In this document: positions 20,101 to 26,710 of the stretch, piece by piece | How positions within the stretch are numbered: position 1 is the stretch's first letter | Layout of the letters: each line of letters opens with the position of its first letter | NCBI GenBank assembly: GCA_045576275.1 | Contig: JAZNGB010000042.1 | Location: 26,882-90,881, forward strand | Origin: Acutalibacteraceae bacterium | GTDB taxonomy: Bacteria; Bacillota; Clostridia; Oscillospirales; Acutalibacteraceae | Direction: 5' to 3' | DNA length: 64,000 nt | Notes under the pieces: model-generated | Database searches by the model: none | What the model was told of the DNA's origin: nothing | What the model saw: only the letters and a program-made list of their open reading frames with translations | Program-made: the position numbers and the translations under genes

Positions 20101-23050
20101 TATGGAATTCGAGTACCAGGATATCAACTGGAACTACATGGAAACCGAAGCTACACCCGATGCTGACGGTGTTGTAACAACATTGCCCGCACACGCAGAA
20201 GATTCTGTTTATGCAATTTACACCAAGTATGCAAACAACTGGAACAAAGAAACTGCTGAATATGTAAATGAAATCATTGATACTCTTGTTCAGAGCTTCT
20301 TTGAAAACAACTCCCTTGGTCAGATGCTTGACAATGCAATTGCTAAGGGTGTGTATACCGATGATCTGCTCAATGGCCTGATTGAAATGGTTGTTGAACT
20401 CATCTATGAATACGGTTCCATCATTGAATCCGCAGGCGTTCTGCTCGGTGCAGAAAAGCTTGTTGACTGGTTCGATTACTGCACAATCACCACCGATGAA
20501 AACGGCAAGGTTGTTGATGTAACCGTAACCCACGACTTCGGTATTGACGAAGCTGCTACCAACGACGAAAAGAGAGAACTCTTCCTCAACTCCTTTGCAG
20601 AAGTTCTCGAACCTGCTTACAGACTTCTCGCTTGGCTGTTCTTCGCTGAAGACTTCACCTTCTTCAACGGCTACACCAACGATCCGCTGATCACCCTCAC
20701 CGGTGGCAAGGGCTACGAAAAAGCACTCGTTCCGCTGCTTGAAGCTCTCGGTGCTGCACTTCGTGTTGACGGCGAAATCGTAATGCCCGGCACTGCCGAA
20801 TACAGCTACCTCAACGGCGAATCCGGTCTGAAAGCTGCTTCCGAATACTATGTAGACGGCGAGCTTGACATGGCTGCATTCGTCAAGGATCTCTTCGGTA
20901 TGGTTACCGATTGGCTCTTCACCATCTGCGGCGATCTCAAGAACCCGGGTGAACTCGGCGTTATCGGCGTCATGCTCGAAATGCTGCCCAACGTTGTTTA
21001 CAACATCAACGCAGGCACGCTGGATGCAGTGATCAACAACCTGCTCCTGCCCGTCAACGAGCTCATCGGTCACCTCGGTGCATTCGGTCTTGAACTTGAT
21101 ATTGAAGCTCTTCTTGCCGATCTCGGCTTCGGTTGCGATGCAGAAGGCAACGCACTGTTCAACTGGTACGGCATCTTCAATCTCGTTGAAGAACTTGTTG
21201 ATCTCTATTGGCCTGACTTCGATCAGGAATTCCTTGCAACCCTCTACTTCGGTCAGATGGTACCTTACACCTCTGCAAACGGTGAACAGGCTTACTACAT
21301 GACCTTCCTTGAAGACGGTGTTGAAAATACCGGCAAGGGTACAAGAGCAGACCTTATCACAATCCTCATCTCCTTCGTTGCTGATGCAGTTGCTGATAAG
21401 AGAAACGAACCCAGACTTGTCGGTTTGATCGGTCAGAACATCTATAATGTCATCTACACCTACATCTCCGGCAATGCAGTTTCCGTCGATATGCAGGAAT
21501 TTGATTGGCTCTTCACAGAGTATGCCGGTACCGGAAAAGTGCTTTCTCCCATGCTTGTAGGCAGTCTGCAGGGTACACCTTACGGCAAGTACTTTACACC
21601 TGAAATGGGCCGCTACATGGAAGAAAATCTTCCTGAGTTTGTTGATACCACAATTGAACTGCTCGGCATTGAAAGCGAAGGCGGCGAAGAAACATACGCA
21701 AGCATTGAAGAGGTTCTCGATTCCCTTGTTGGTGAAACCATTTATACCAAGGCAAATCTTGAAGCGATTGTCAATGCTATCCCCGGACTTCTTGTATCTG
21801 CTGAGGAAGCACTCGGCACCTACCTGTTTGAGCTTATTGTGGATGTCCTTGATAAGGCACTCGGCATTGATTTGACCCATTGGGATGACTACACCGTTGC
21901 AGACTTTGAGGACGGCGACAGAGAGACTTTTGTCAACGAGCTGATCAGAATGCTCGAACCGCTGTATCCCGTTCTGAAGTGGTTGCTGACAAGTGAGGAT
22001 CTGATTGCTCTGTTCCACAGCGCAGACGGCTCCGAAAGAGATATGATCGTTGTTGAAGGTGCTGAGGGTTATGCTTACGGTATCATCCCGATCATGGAAG
22101 CTCTTTCTTGTGAAAACATCAGCACACCTGAAGAATATAAGCTTGCAATTGAACGCGATGAAGAATTCCTTCTTAGAAAGATTCTCGATCCGATTCTTGA
22201 TAAGCTTGACTCAATTCTTGCCGATCCTGTCAATGAAATCTTTGAGGTTCTTCCGGGTGTCATCTACTTCCTGAACTCAAACGGTCTTGATACGGTTATC
22301 AAGAATACCGCAAACGCTATCTTCGCAGTTCTTGAAAACATCAAACCCGCTATCGGTGAGCTTGATGTTTATGAGCTCATCGGCTTCAATCCCAAGGAAC
22401 TGAATATCAATACGCTTATCGAAGAGCTCCTTGTTGATCTCGAGGAAAGCACAGGTCTCACATTTGCAGATACTGCAATGGATGCAATTGTTGAACTGAC
22501 TGTCGGTGAGGTTGTTGAATTTACCTCCAAGAACGGCAAGACTGCATACACCATGAAGTATGCATCGGCAGAAGATAGAGCAGATATGACATCTGTCCTG
22601 CTGCGCTTTGTCATGAACTTTGTGACTGTTGAAGAAAATGCAAGATCCATCAAGATCATGCTGAAGGATTCTTTGAGTGAAGACGGTTATAAGTTCGTAT
22701 GCGCACTGCTTGACAACTTTGTTGACATGGCAAAGACGGCAGATGGTATGGATAAGATCCTTTACACCATTTACTACATCTTTATCGGTGCTGAAGGTGC
22801 TATTGAAGGTGTTGACGGTACTCTTGATGAAGCAAACGACAACTATGGCTTCATGCAGGATCTTCTTGAACAGAGTGATGCTCCGTTCCTGAAGGATATT
22901 GCCGGAACTCTGGGCGACTTCCTTGATAACAATCTCAAGGATATCGTCGATACAGATGGCATTGCTCCGAACGGACTGATCAAGTTCTTCCAGAGCCTTA
23001 CTGCTTTCTTTGAAAAGATTGTTAACTGGTTTAAGAATCTGTTCAACTAA
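11159..23050 (+). CDS. Giant secreted acidic repeat protein (3,963 aa), function unknown
   Basis: Uninterrupted 11.9-kb ORF with RBS aaaaggaaggg. Signal peptide LLSTLLAMLMIFSACYAG...AYA/AEG. Strong 3-nt periodicity and C-ending codon bias. Terminators on both sides. No domain recognised. Confidence 0.9.
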   Translation: MEQKASFTKKLLSTLLAMLMIFSACYAGVDGLGGLYTAYAAEGDSEYSKEEVAALINAATASGFTLSSSGNAWNYTADDGTALAAARAIFDYAVNTYREGKDATSAGNSTKALYDKFDADFNGLYTSKASARQLVKNVLNPDGTDVYSYESPGTKTGITGAETTDSMSKGADVSGTYPVASYPNYYASSETGTITKTVEIQIDMEKYLLTFATIEDIPSTIYTNVKYSYAHTYSSTATVTDVSSRSTTSTSGCNTTTTYYYTPTISTSYWNYMTAKPTKQETKDKTVRKTLLTLEKYFDEDLLAITKDEMLAMNLADITSLYKTTDLMYNNIKNADGTRKFSDNVLNHFGLSSAAIHQFMTDVYFAYRVAAAKYNIDNLNTLIGTEYNVNSYSQMSALYSKTSTAYNTVFSLDDEIKNYLINEGGYGDQYYAAIALKATAESYNATLKEIMTEQKLEETVASMVATYNQYYSKLNKEDIETPTDAEVIGLVQKVKGFDSVIASYTTKSYYRTYWTTEYEAAWKDFSAKLAEVYEVRGLKATFQTQYDYFLPIIYTTMIDDLNNEDLIALHSELDTKLSELRTTYTDVANVWGYTIADKIFTVKYEGSDYLLQTLIDNVKSTGKEAAKTVLIARNDAQLDTIWAYHAVTTVDFSNFASIKSTLTYFDYDLYDYVSSQGWLTTDATTKYADVQTLLDRYHAFSTSDGKTFFNESFTFKLADGTYGTRYAGSQYDADGNQIGYPADIVRDGAEDNYVVTEAKLLNTVDRIDNFIVSRDFGALIGLTDAEDEETYVDLATYLEQMLNEMLYTNDMMNTLVGAIYPMIVDLLNTELIGMLADMGTNDNPAASACIDIGEMTGGDGSGHLYVYMDDDLFNGQQKQRYLDVVLADAGLYVYPQTLADSLLMSDPVSFGVGTPIYTALKAAGRDWTQLVKADDPETEMVDETKVLEFDWGVYDEDSFVEKLACVFDSLLPLLNAVLTGKTFEEVLANAAYGYSTDTKYIVNVGKLAIFGDLRLTIPGLTVYNDVLVPLFNVLGVDKIPTLKQNASGEELVKAIVEPLLGVIDEVLENPISTVLEIFPNLVYFLSMDTIQEMLNSLNIKLTLKVEAEVDKDNSGTLVDLLGGTLLSLLGDKLTFDVELAIADLIDLYDMLGFEISDFNEVIKGIGPMLGDLTGGEEGEGGLDLASILGNLPPIQQQEIIFCSDWSTFSNGQPNLVANKGDLMYWFINYAVQLLQPDENGNSLLTGLLGEMDPSITNIIDNVVYQFSSNPRGALAAIVELLNPVTYDLQEMDWVEGTWNYNGIAGTNAADMVYLSYSNDWTEDKANALVEEIDPLVASVLEMVEMDLGDAANLGEYLQNMLGDLFTNETITSLVEMLGGLGDSPSAVINDIIKNQVGIDLGSWFVAFGYLFPAETWAEDAEIIPYGHRTYVNNFGVEGVANEDGTITWHFNRTPLNDGDAYTFVNILTRLLGPAEILIKFLFAGENISAFADLVRLHGYETYSTTLGLLFEVLGVENLPSQADFDADTMGSFSNMLFALLDWFYALTGSDDMIAQLLEVIPDLFYYIESNGLSVLLHNLLMPVLVLVDTVRPLINLDINGVLSLIVSELVNYGTMDINVILQYIVNGVWLNDDLDYKFISVDIKNLRVSDILVIVDNIFGTNLAQSNLVTYGVTGLCSGVETVNTNGAGTINKTTVTAADAITIILTGLLEALEQPAQDETMTNGEVLFAFLGEMTENETIAGLYPTIKTLLAGIEVEYTAPNWAYMAPGGDVANFVNARETISYLAYTTDWTAVKAEAVYNKLDDLLATLIPEETFDFNIATLLNSMLEDNVYSDANLNMIVETIVNLFADINSTLFDVIDVVIDTDIASWFAMCEEQTDAETGETKLVCTKDWGVDEASDKRATFIAALEEVLAPANALLAWAFFGDNFEFFTGSEKDEDGNYIYNDVIAINGGEGYERAIVPILRALTLEPAPASAYYDATTGKYDAAAAVSGILNTVFDLIDSLTDAPSVIGAAMELIPNVIYFLNADGVKSAVNNLLAPINGLLDMVGPLLGEEISLAALLGDLPIDITDITTESVLALLTEQFGVQFATETLDLGAILSTLYVGELAPYTYADNLTGYTLDVSAAEYDVLTLVISFALELFTINGDLFAGLFGEDGEAIVDSIIALLGGYTVTYTDPDWAYMYEGEDALAKLAADGFPAFEHTYLAYSTDWTETTAQGVYNALDDILVLVMDSVADGNTIAQLIEGVLTDNVYTDANLVAIVELIVNAIAGFDASLLELIDVVLDTNIAAWFAMCDVDADGKYVVKENYFAVDTAADKKAAFVAGLKEVLAPANELLAWLFFGDSYTFFNGSDGEAIITLIGGEGYAQGLVPIFEALGCTMPAADTFKEGETYNVGNAVAAILDAALALVDTISANPIEEVFALIPNLLYFINANGLNSAVSNLLAPVNGVLAELSDVVGADNLQALLTDLIDFDLSNLGTDAVLALLVDKTGFVMNDEMKDVIKNIYGLGVAAAFTSANGETAYKVDITDREYDVLTVLLSFVLDAFNLNGELFSGLLGAETYNAIVALLQGCTATYTHINWAYMYDGNTAKLASDGFPAVELKYLAYSTDWTEEVAQGVYDALDDILALVLPSLLGDNENVAALVNGLLNDSVYTDEVLNSLVELIVNALASLDESFYNGVGALLAADISAWFTMCEENADGEYECTKDWGVDAATDKKAAFVAGIKDVLAPANELLAWLFFGGSYEFLNGTTKEVLITINGGEGYAYGLVPIFEALGCTMPAAETFKDGDTYNVGNAVAAILDAALALVDKISGNLAEEVFNLLPNLLYFINSDGISASVNNLVAPVIAVLTTLKPVVDVSLNELIVDAIGIDIFNLTTEALFKYLASDAVGFITNADMVSAVVNIYAVGDAVAYTSANGRTAYRIDSNKADVLTVVLSFALDAFNLNAELFSGLLGEETYEAVYNLIRGAAMEFEYQDINWNYMETEATPDADGVVTTLPAHAEDSVYAIYTKYANNWNKETAEYVNEIIDTLVQSFFENNSLGQMLDNAIAKGVYTDDLLNGLIEMVVELIYEYGSIIESAGVLLGAEKLVDWFDYCTITTDENGKVVDVTVTHDFGIDEAATNDEKRELFLNSFAEVLEPAYRLLAWLFFAEDFTFFNGYTNDPLITLTGGKGYEKALVPLLEALGAALRVDGEIVMPGTAEYSYLNGESGLKAASEYYVDGELDMAAFVKDLFGMVTDWLFTICGDLKNPGELGVIGVMLEMLPNVVYNINAGTLDAVINNLLLPVNELIGHLGAFGLELDIEALLADLGFGCDAEGNALFNWYGIFNLVEELVDLYWPDFDQEFLATLYFGQMVPYTSANGEQAYYMTFLEDGVENTGKGTRADLITILISFVADAVADKRNEPRLVGLIGQNIYNVIYTYISGNAVSVDMQEFDWLFTEYAGTGKVLSPMLVGSLQGTPYGKYFTPEMGRYMEENLPEFVDTTIELLGIESEGGEETYASIEEVLDSLVGETIYTKANLEAIVNAIPGLLVSAEEALGTYLFELIVDVLDKALGIDLTHWDDYTVADFEDGDRETFVNELIRMLEPLYPVLKWLLTSEDLIALFHSADGSERDMIVVEGAEGYAYGIIPIMEALSCENISTPEEYKLAIERDEEFLLRKILDPILDKLDSILADPVNEIFEVLPGVIYFLNSNGLDTVIKNTANAIFAVLENIKPAIGELDVYELIGFNPKELNINTLIEELLVDLEESTGLTFADTAMDAIVELTVGEVVEFTSKNGKTAYTMKYASAEDRADMTSVLLRFVMNFVTVEENARSIKIMLKDSLSEDGYKFVCALLDNFVDMAKTADGMDKILYTIYYIFIGAEGAIEGVDGTLDEANDNYGFMQDLLEQSDAPFLKDIAGTLGDFLDNNLKDIVDTDGIAPNGLIKFFQSLTAFFEKIVNWFKNLFN
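13470..23047 (+). repeat. About seven tandem protein-level repeats (400-510 aa each) inside the giant ORF
   Basis: The anchor motif W(A/N)YM (variants WNYN, WLF) recurs at aa 1293, 1764, 2185, 2589, 2991 and 3450, that is nt 15035, 16448, 17711, 18923, 20129 and 21506. Each unit repeats LAYSTDWTE, NVYTDANL..IVELIVN, DWGVD...AF...LAPAN.LLAW.FFG, GGEGY...VPI.EALG, IPNL.YF.N, NLL.P.N and SANG.TAY. A more degenerate first copy lies at about aa 770-1290. Units 3 and 4 are very similar at DNA level by eye (identity not computed). Confidence 0.75.
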
Positions 23051-23063
23051 AAACCCTTATAAA

Positions 23064-23095
23064 AGAGCCTGCGGTTTTTCCGCAGGCTCTTTTTA
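23064..23095 (+). terminator. Rho-independent terminator of the giant gene
   Basis: Stem agagcctgcgg / ccgcaggctct followed by a T-run. Confidence 0.85.
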
Positions 23096-23124
23096 AATGA
23101 TAAGCAACTTTTAAAAAATACTAT

Positions 23125-23160
23125 CAAAAAAACACGCACACCATCTTCGTGTGCGTGTTT
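23125..23160 (-). terminator. Rho-independent terminator for the minus-strand dnaX...hypothetical gene string
   Basis: Stem aaacacgcacac / gtgtgcgtgttt, with a T-run on the minus strand (A-run 23125-23132). Confidence 0.75.
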
Positions 23161-23192
23161 CTGAATAAATTGCTGTAATGTTTTTTACGAGG

Positions 23193-24101
23193 TTACTGTT
23201 GTATAATGCCGCCTTGCGGATTTGCAGCACCCATCAATTTGTCCATGAAGTTGAATTTTTTCTTTTTGGGCTTATAGGTGGGAGGATTGTCCAATCTTGC
23301 ACGAGCATTGCGTGAAGAAGAAATATGTTGCATAACAGTTGAAACAGGTTCAAGCATTGTATCGGTCAGATAGGGAATGATCTGTGTCATCAGATTATTA
23401 TCTTCTCTGCAGATCTCACCGATAATCGTAACAGCGATCAGACTCTGACAAGCATTTGTGCCGTCCTCATACATTTCTCCGAGAATAGAAAATAACTTCT
23501 TCATCTTCATCGGATTGTTTTCCGTAACGGTTGTTTTGATGATTGCATTTGCATGATTCAGGAAAAAGTCTTCACAAAGAAAATCACCGTATGTTTCTAC
23601 ATTTTCATGAAGTGCATTCTTAAGCTCGGGGTATGCAACTGCCAGTTTTGAAGCAAGTGTGTAGGGGTCAAAAGAGCTTGCTCCGCTGCGAACTGCAGCT
23701 TTGGATACAGTAGACGGTCCGCCTTTTTTAGATGTGATTTTGGCCTTTTTTGCGTATGTATCGTTGATCTGTTCACTCATTTCATTGATGACGGAGCGAA
23801 CATCCTTGTTATCATACTCATCAAGCATCATAAGGAATGTACCGTCGAGATTGTATTGAGAATCGTCGGTTGCATCTACATCGGGAGCACAGGAAAGAAG
23901 GTGAATGCGGTTGTTGCTGAAAACAATGCGAAGTCTTCCTTTTTCGGAAGCAAAGTCGATTACACTTGCTGCATCACGTGCATAAACAGCAGGCTGTTTT
24001 CTGTCCATATCTTCTTTGAAAACGGGCGTAAATCCGCAGGCTGCACAAGCAGGGAGAATGCCGGAATAAACCGCATCCATCATTGGTTTTTGTTCAAGCA
24101 T
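23193..24101 (-). CDS. Hypothetical protein (302 aa)
   Basis: Long ORF with RBS gaaagga, 34 nt downstream of the FGGY kinase stop. Lys-rich C-terminal tail. No motif recognised. Confidence 0.7.
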   Translation of the reverse strand: MLEQKPMMDAVYSGILPACAACGFTPVFKEDMDRKQPAVYARDAASVIDFASEKGRLRIVFSNNRIHLLSCAPDVDATDDSQYNLDGTFLMMLDEYDNKDVRSVINEMSEQINDTYAKKAKITSKKGGPSTVSKAAVRSGASSFDPYTLASKLAVAYPELKNALHENVETYGDFLCEDFFLNHANAIIKTTVTENNPMKMKKLFSILGEMYEDGTNACQSLIAVTIIGEICREDNNLMTQIIPYLTDTMLEPVSTVMQHISSSRNARARLDNPPTYKPKKKKFNFMDKLMGAANPQGGIIQQ

Positions 24102-24135
24102 GGTTATTGGGTCCTTTCATTTTTGCAATTCAGTA

Positions 24136-25728
24136 TCAGCCGTTCAGCAGTGCAAAATTTGCCTTGTTTGCTTTGTGCAACTTTTTATAGACGGCATAAT
24201 TCTTGTCATATATTTCTTTGTTTGCCGGATTCGGTTTGTAAGTATTCACAGCAGGGATCATTTTCTTGGCATCTGCAAAAGAATCTATCAGACCAAGACC
24301 GACTGCAACTGTAACAGCTGCACCGACAGCGCCGACGTTTTGAGGACTGTCAACCGTTTCAACGGTTTTGCCCGTGATATCCGCGAGAATCTGACATGTA
24401 AGTGCTGACAATGCACCGCCGCCGACAAAACGGACGGTATCGCTTGTTTTTACTTTTTTGTCGGAAGATTCAATAAACCAACGCATATGGAAACATACAC
24501 CTTCCAGTACGGCACGGATCATTTCACTCTTGCCAGTATCAAGAGAAAGGTTGAAGAACATTCCTCTTGCATTGGGATCTTCAAACGGACAGCGGTTTCC
24601 ATGCAGCCACGGTGTAAAGATAACACCGCCACAGCCGGCAGGAACGCGACTGCAAACTTCGGTCATGTAGTCATAAAGACTTGTATATTTTCCTTCGTAA
24701 GAATCGGTAACATTCTTTGTTTCAAGATAAATGCCGATTTCATCAAGAGCAAGGTGATCCTTTACCCATTCAAGGCATTTTCCTGCAGTTTCAAGTTCAG
24801 CAAAATAATTGAATTTGCCGGCATCTGCACCGGTAACGGCTGCCATCATGGTCGCAGCATCTACAATGCTCTTTTCAACAACGGTGGAAACCCAACCGGA
24901 TGTGCCGTTGTAAATATGTGTATCACCGGGGTTGACACATCCTGCACCGACACCGATCAGGGAAGCATCACCGCCGCCACCGAATACGGTTGTGCCGGCC
25001 TTTAAGCCAAGCTCTTTTGCTTGTTGCTCACGAAGTCCGCCGACTTCAGCAATAGCAGGAATAACTTCGGGAAGATGGTCGATGTTGACACCGAGCATAT
25101 TGCAAAGTGTCGGACTCCAGCATTGATGTCCTTTGCGGATATCAAACAGCTCAGCACCGAAAGCAGAGTCCGGAGTCATGATGAATCGACCTGTCATTCT
25201 GCAAATGAGATATTCTTTGACATCCAACCACTTGTAAACCTTTTTAAAATTTTCAGGTTCGTGTGCTTCTGTCCATTTGTATTTCCAGACAGGATCTTTT
25301 ACGGATGCTGCAACAGCACCTGTAATCGCAAGTGATTTCAGCAACTTGGGTACATTGGCACCTGCAATCTGAAAACCGTAAGCAAGGCCTTTTTTGAGCT
25401 CTTCACGTGCTCTCTGATCCATGTAGCTGAATGCTCTGCGGATGGCGTTGCCATCTTTGTCAACAAGGACAAGCCCCTGCATCTGAGAGCAGAAAGAAAT
25501 ACCGTCAATCTGCTCGGCAGAAATACCGGCCTGTGCCAGTGCAATCGGTGTTGTGGTGCAAAGTGCATCCCACCATTCGTCAGGGTCCTGTTCGGCACCG
25601 CCATCGGGAAAAACATAGAGTTTATAGCCTTTGGATGCACTGCCGAGCAGACGAATGGTATCAGACATTTCAAAAACACAGGTTTTGACACCGGTTGTGC
25701 CAATGTCATAAGTAATTGCGTACTTCAT
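24136..25728 (-). CDS. FGGY-family carbohydrate kinase
   Basis: N-terminal MKYAITYDIGTTGVKTCVF (actin-like ATPase phosphate-1 motif) and C-terminal RFVGGGALS..TCQILADITG. Confidence 0.85.
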   Translation of the reverse strand: MKYAITYDIGTTGVKTCVFEMSDTIRLLGSASKGYKLYVFPDGGAEQDPDEWWDALCTTTPIALAQAGISAEQIDGISFCSQMQGLVLVDKDGNAIRRAFSYMDQRAREELKKGLAYGFQIAGANVPKLLKSLAITGAVAASVKDPVWKYKWTEAHEPENFKKVYKWLDVKEYLICRMTGRFIMTPDSAFGAELFDIRKGHQCWSPTLCNMLGVNIDHLPEVIPAIAEVGGLREQQAKELGLKAGTTVFGGGGDASLIGVGAGCVNPGDTHIYNGTSGWVSTVVEKSIVDAATMMAAVTGADAGKFNYFAELETAGKCLEWVKDHLALDEIGIYLETKNVTDSYEGKYTSLYDYMTEVCSRVPAGCGGVIFTPWLHGNRCPFEDPNARGMFFNLSLDTGKSEMIRAVLEGVCFHMRWFIESSDKKVKTSDTVRFVGGGALSALTCQILADITGKTVETVDSPQNVGAVGAAVTVAVGLGLIDSFADAKKMIPAVNTYKPNPANKEIYDKNYAVYKKLHKANKANFALLNG

Positions 25729-25743
25729 ATGAAAAACCCTTTC

Positions 25744-26343
25744 TCATAAATCTTTTCTGCCTTCAATGGCTCGGGTTAGGGTAACGGAATCTGCATATTG
25801 CAAGTCACTGCCGACCGGAAGTCCGTAGGCAAGTCGTGAAACTTTCACACCCAACGGCTTGAGCAGTTTTGAAATATACATGGCCGTTGCTTCTCCTTCA
25901 ATGTTGGAGTTGGTTGCCATGATTACTTCACAAACCTCATCCGGACCGATTCTTGCAAGCAATTCTTTGACAGTTAAATTCTCGGGACCAACGCCCTCCA
26001 AGGGGGAAATTACCCCATGCAACACATGATATGTACCTTTGAACTCATTGGTCTTTTCAATGGCCATAAGGTCTTCCGCATCTTCCACTACACAAATCAG
26101 GCTGCGGTCTCTTCTTACATTGCTGCAAACGGGACAATATTTACCGTCTGTCAGGTTGCAGCAAAGTTCACATTTGTGTATTTTTTCACAGGCATCAGCA
26201 ATGGCTTGTGCCATGGCAAGTCCCTCTTCCTTTGGTAAGCCAAGTACGAAGAAAGCCATACGTTGTGCCGTTTTTCTGCCAATGCCGGGCATTTTCTCAA
26301 ACTGTTCGATCAGTTTTTCAAGCGGTGCAGCAGTAAAATCCAT
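25744..26343 (-). CDS. recR: Recombination protein RecR
   Basis: Helix-hairpin-helix motif LPGIGRKTAQRMAFFVL, a Cys4 zinc finger (C..C...C..C) and a Toprim-like region VCVVE. Confidence 0.95.
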   Translation of the reverse strand: MDFTAAPLEKLIEQFEKMPGIGRKTAQRMAFFVLGLPKEEGLAMAQAIADACEKIHKCELCCNLTDGKYCPVCSNVRRDRSLICVVEDAEDLMAIEKTNEFKGTYHVLHGVISPLEGVGPENLTVKELLARIGPDEVCEVIMATNSNIEGEATAMYISKLLKPLGVKVSRLAYGLPVGSDLQYADSVTLTRAIEGRKDL

Positions 26344-26346
26344 CGC

Positions 26347-26688
26347 TTACAGAAGTCCGCCCATACCGGGGATGTTCAGGCCGCCTGTTACGTTGCCCAT
26401 TTCACGTTCCATTGTGTCATTTGCCTTGCGAATGGCTTCGTTGAGAGATGCCATAAGAAGGTCTTCAAGCATCTCAATGTCTTCGGGGTCAACAACATCA
26501 GGCTGCATTTTAATGGAAAGAATCTCATGTTTGCCGGATACGGTTACTTCAACGGCACCGCCGCCTGCAGAAGCGGAGTATTCAGCGTTTTCGACTTCTT
26601 CCTGAACACGCTGCATATCTTCCTGCATTTTCTGAATTTTGAGCATCATGTCATTTCTGTTGGGTTGGTTGGGAATTCTTGCTTTCAT
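26347..26688 (-). CDS. ybaB: Nucleoid-associated protein YbaB/EbfC
   Basis: Start chosen at MKARIPNQ, with RBS ggagg 8 nt upstream. MLKIQKMQEDMQRVQEEV...VEVTVSG...I.PDVVDPED.EMLEDL. Conserved dnaX-ybaB-recR order. Confidence 0.9.
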   Translation of the reverse strand: MKARIPNQPNRNDMMLKIQKMQEDMQRVQEEVENAEYSASAGGGAVEVTVSGKHEILSIKMQPDVVDPEDIEMLEDLLMASLNEAIRKANDTMEREMGNVTGGLNIPGMGGLL

Positions 26689-26710
26689 TTTTATATCCTC
26701 CGAATGTGTT

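Noticed and set aside
14573-22018. 2,481-aa ORF on the minus strand, antisense to the giant gene
   Set aside because: It is in exact codon register with the sense ORF and is open only because the sense gene avoids TTA, CTA and TCA. The translated product is low-complexity (Cys/Val/Asn/Phe-rich). It has no RBS, signal or recognisable domains, whereas the sense frame shows repeats, a signal peptide and coding periodicity. It is a shadow ORF.
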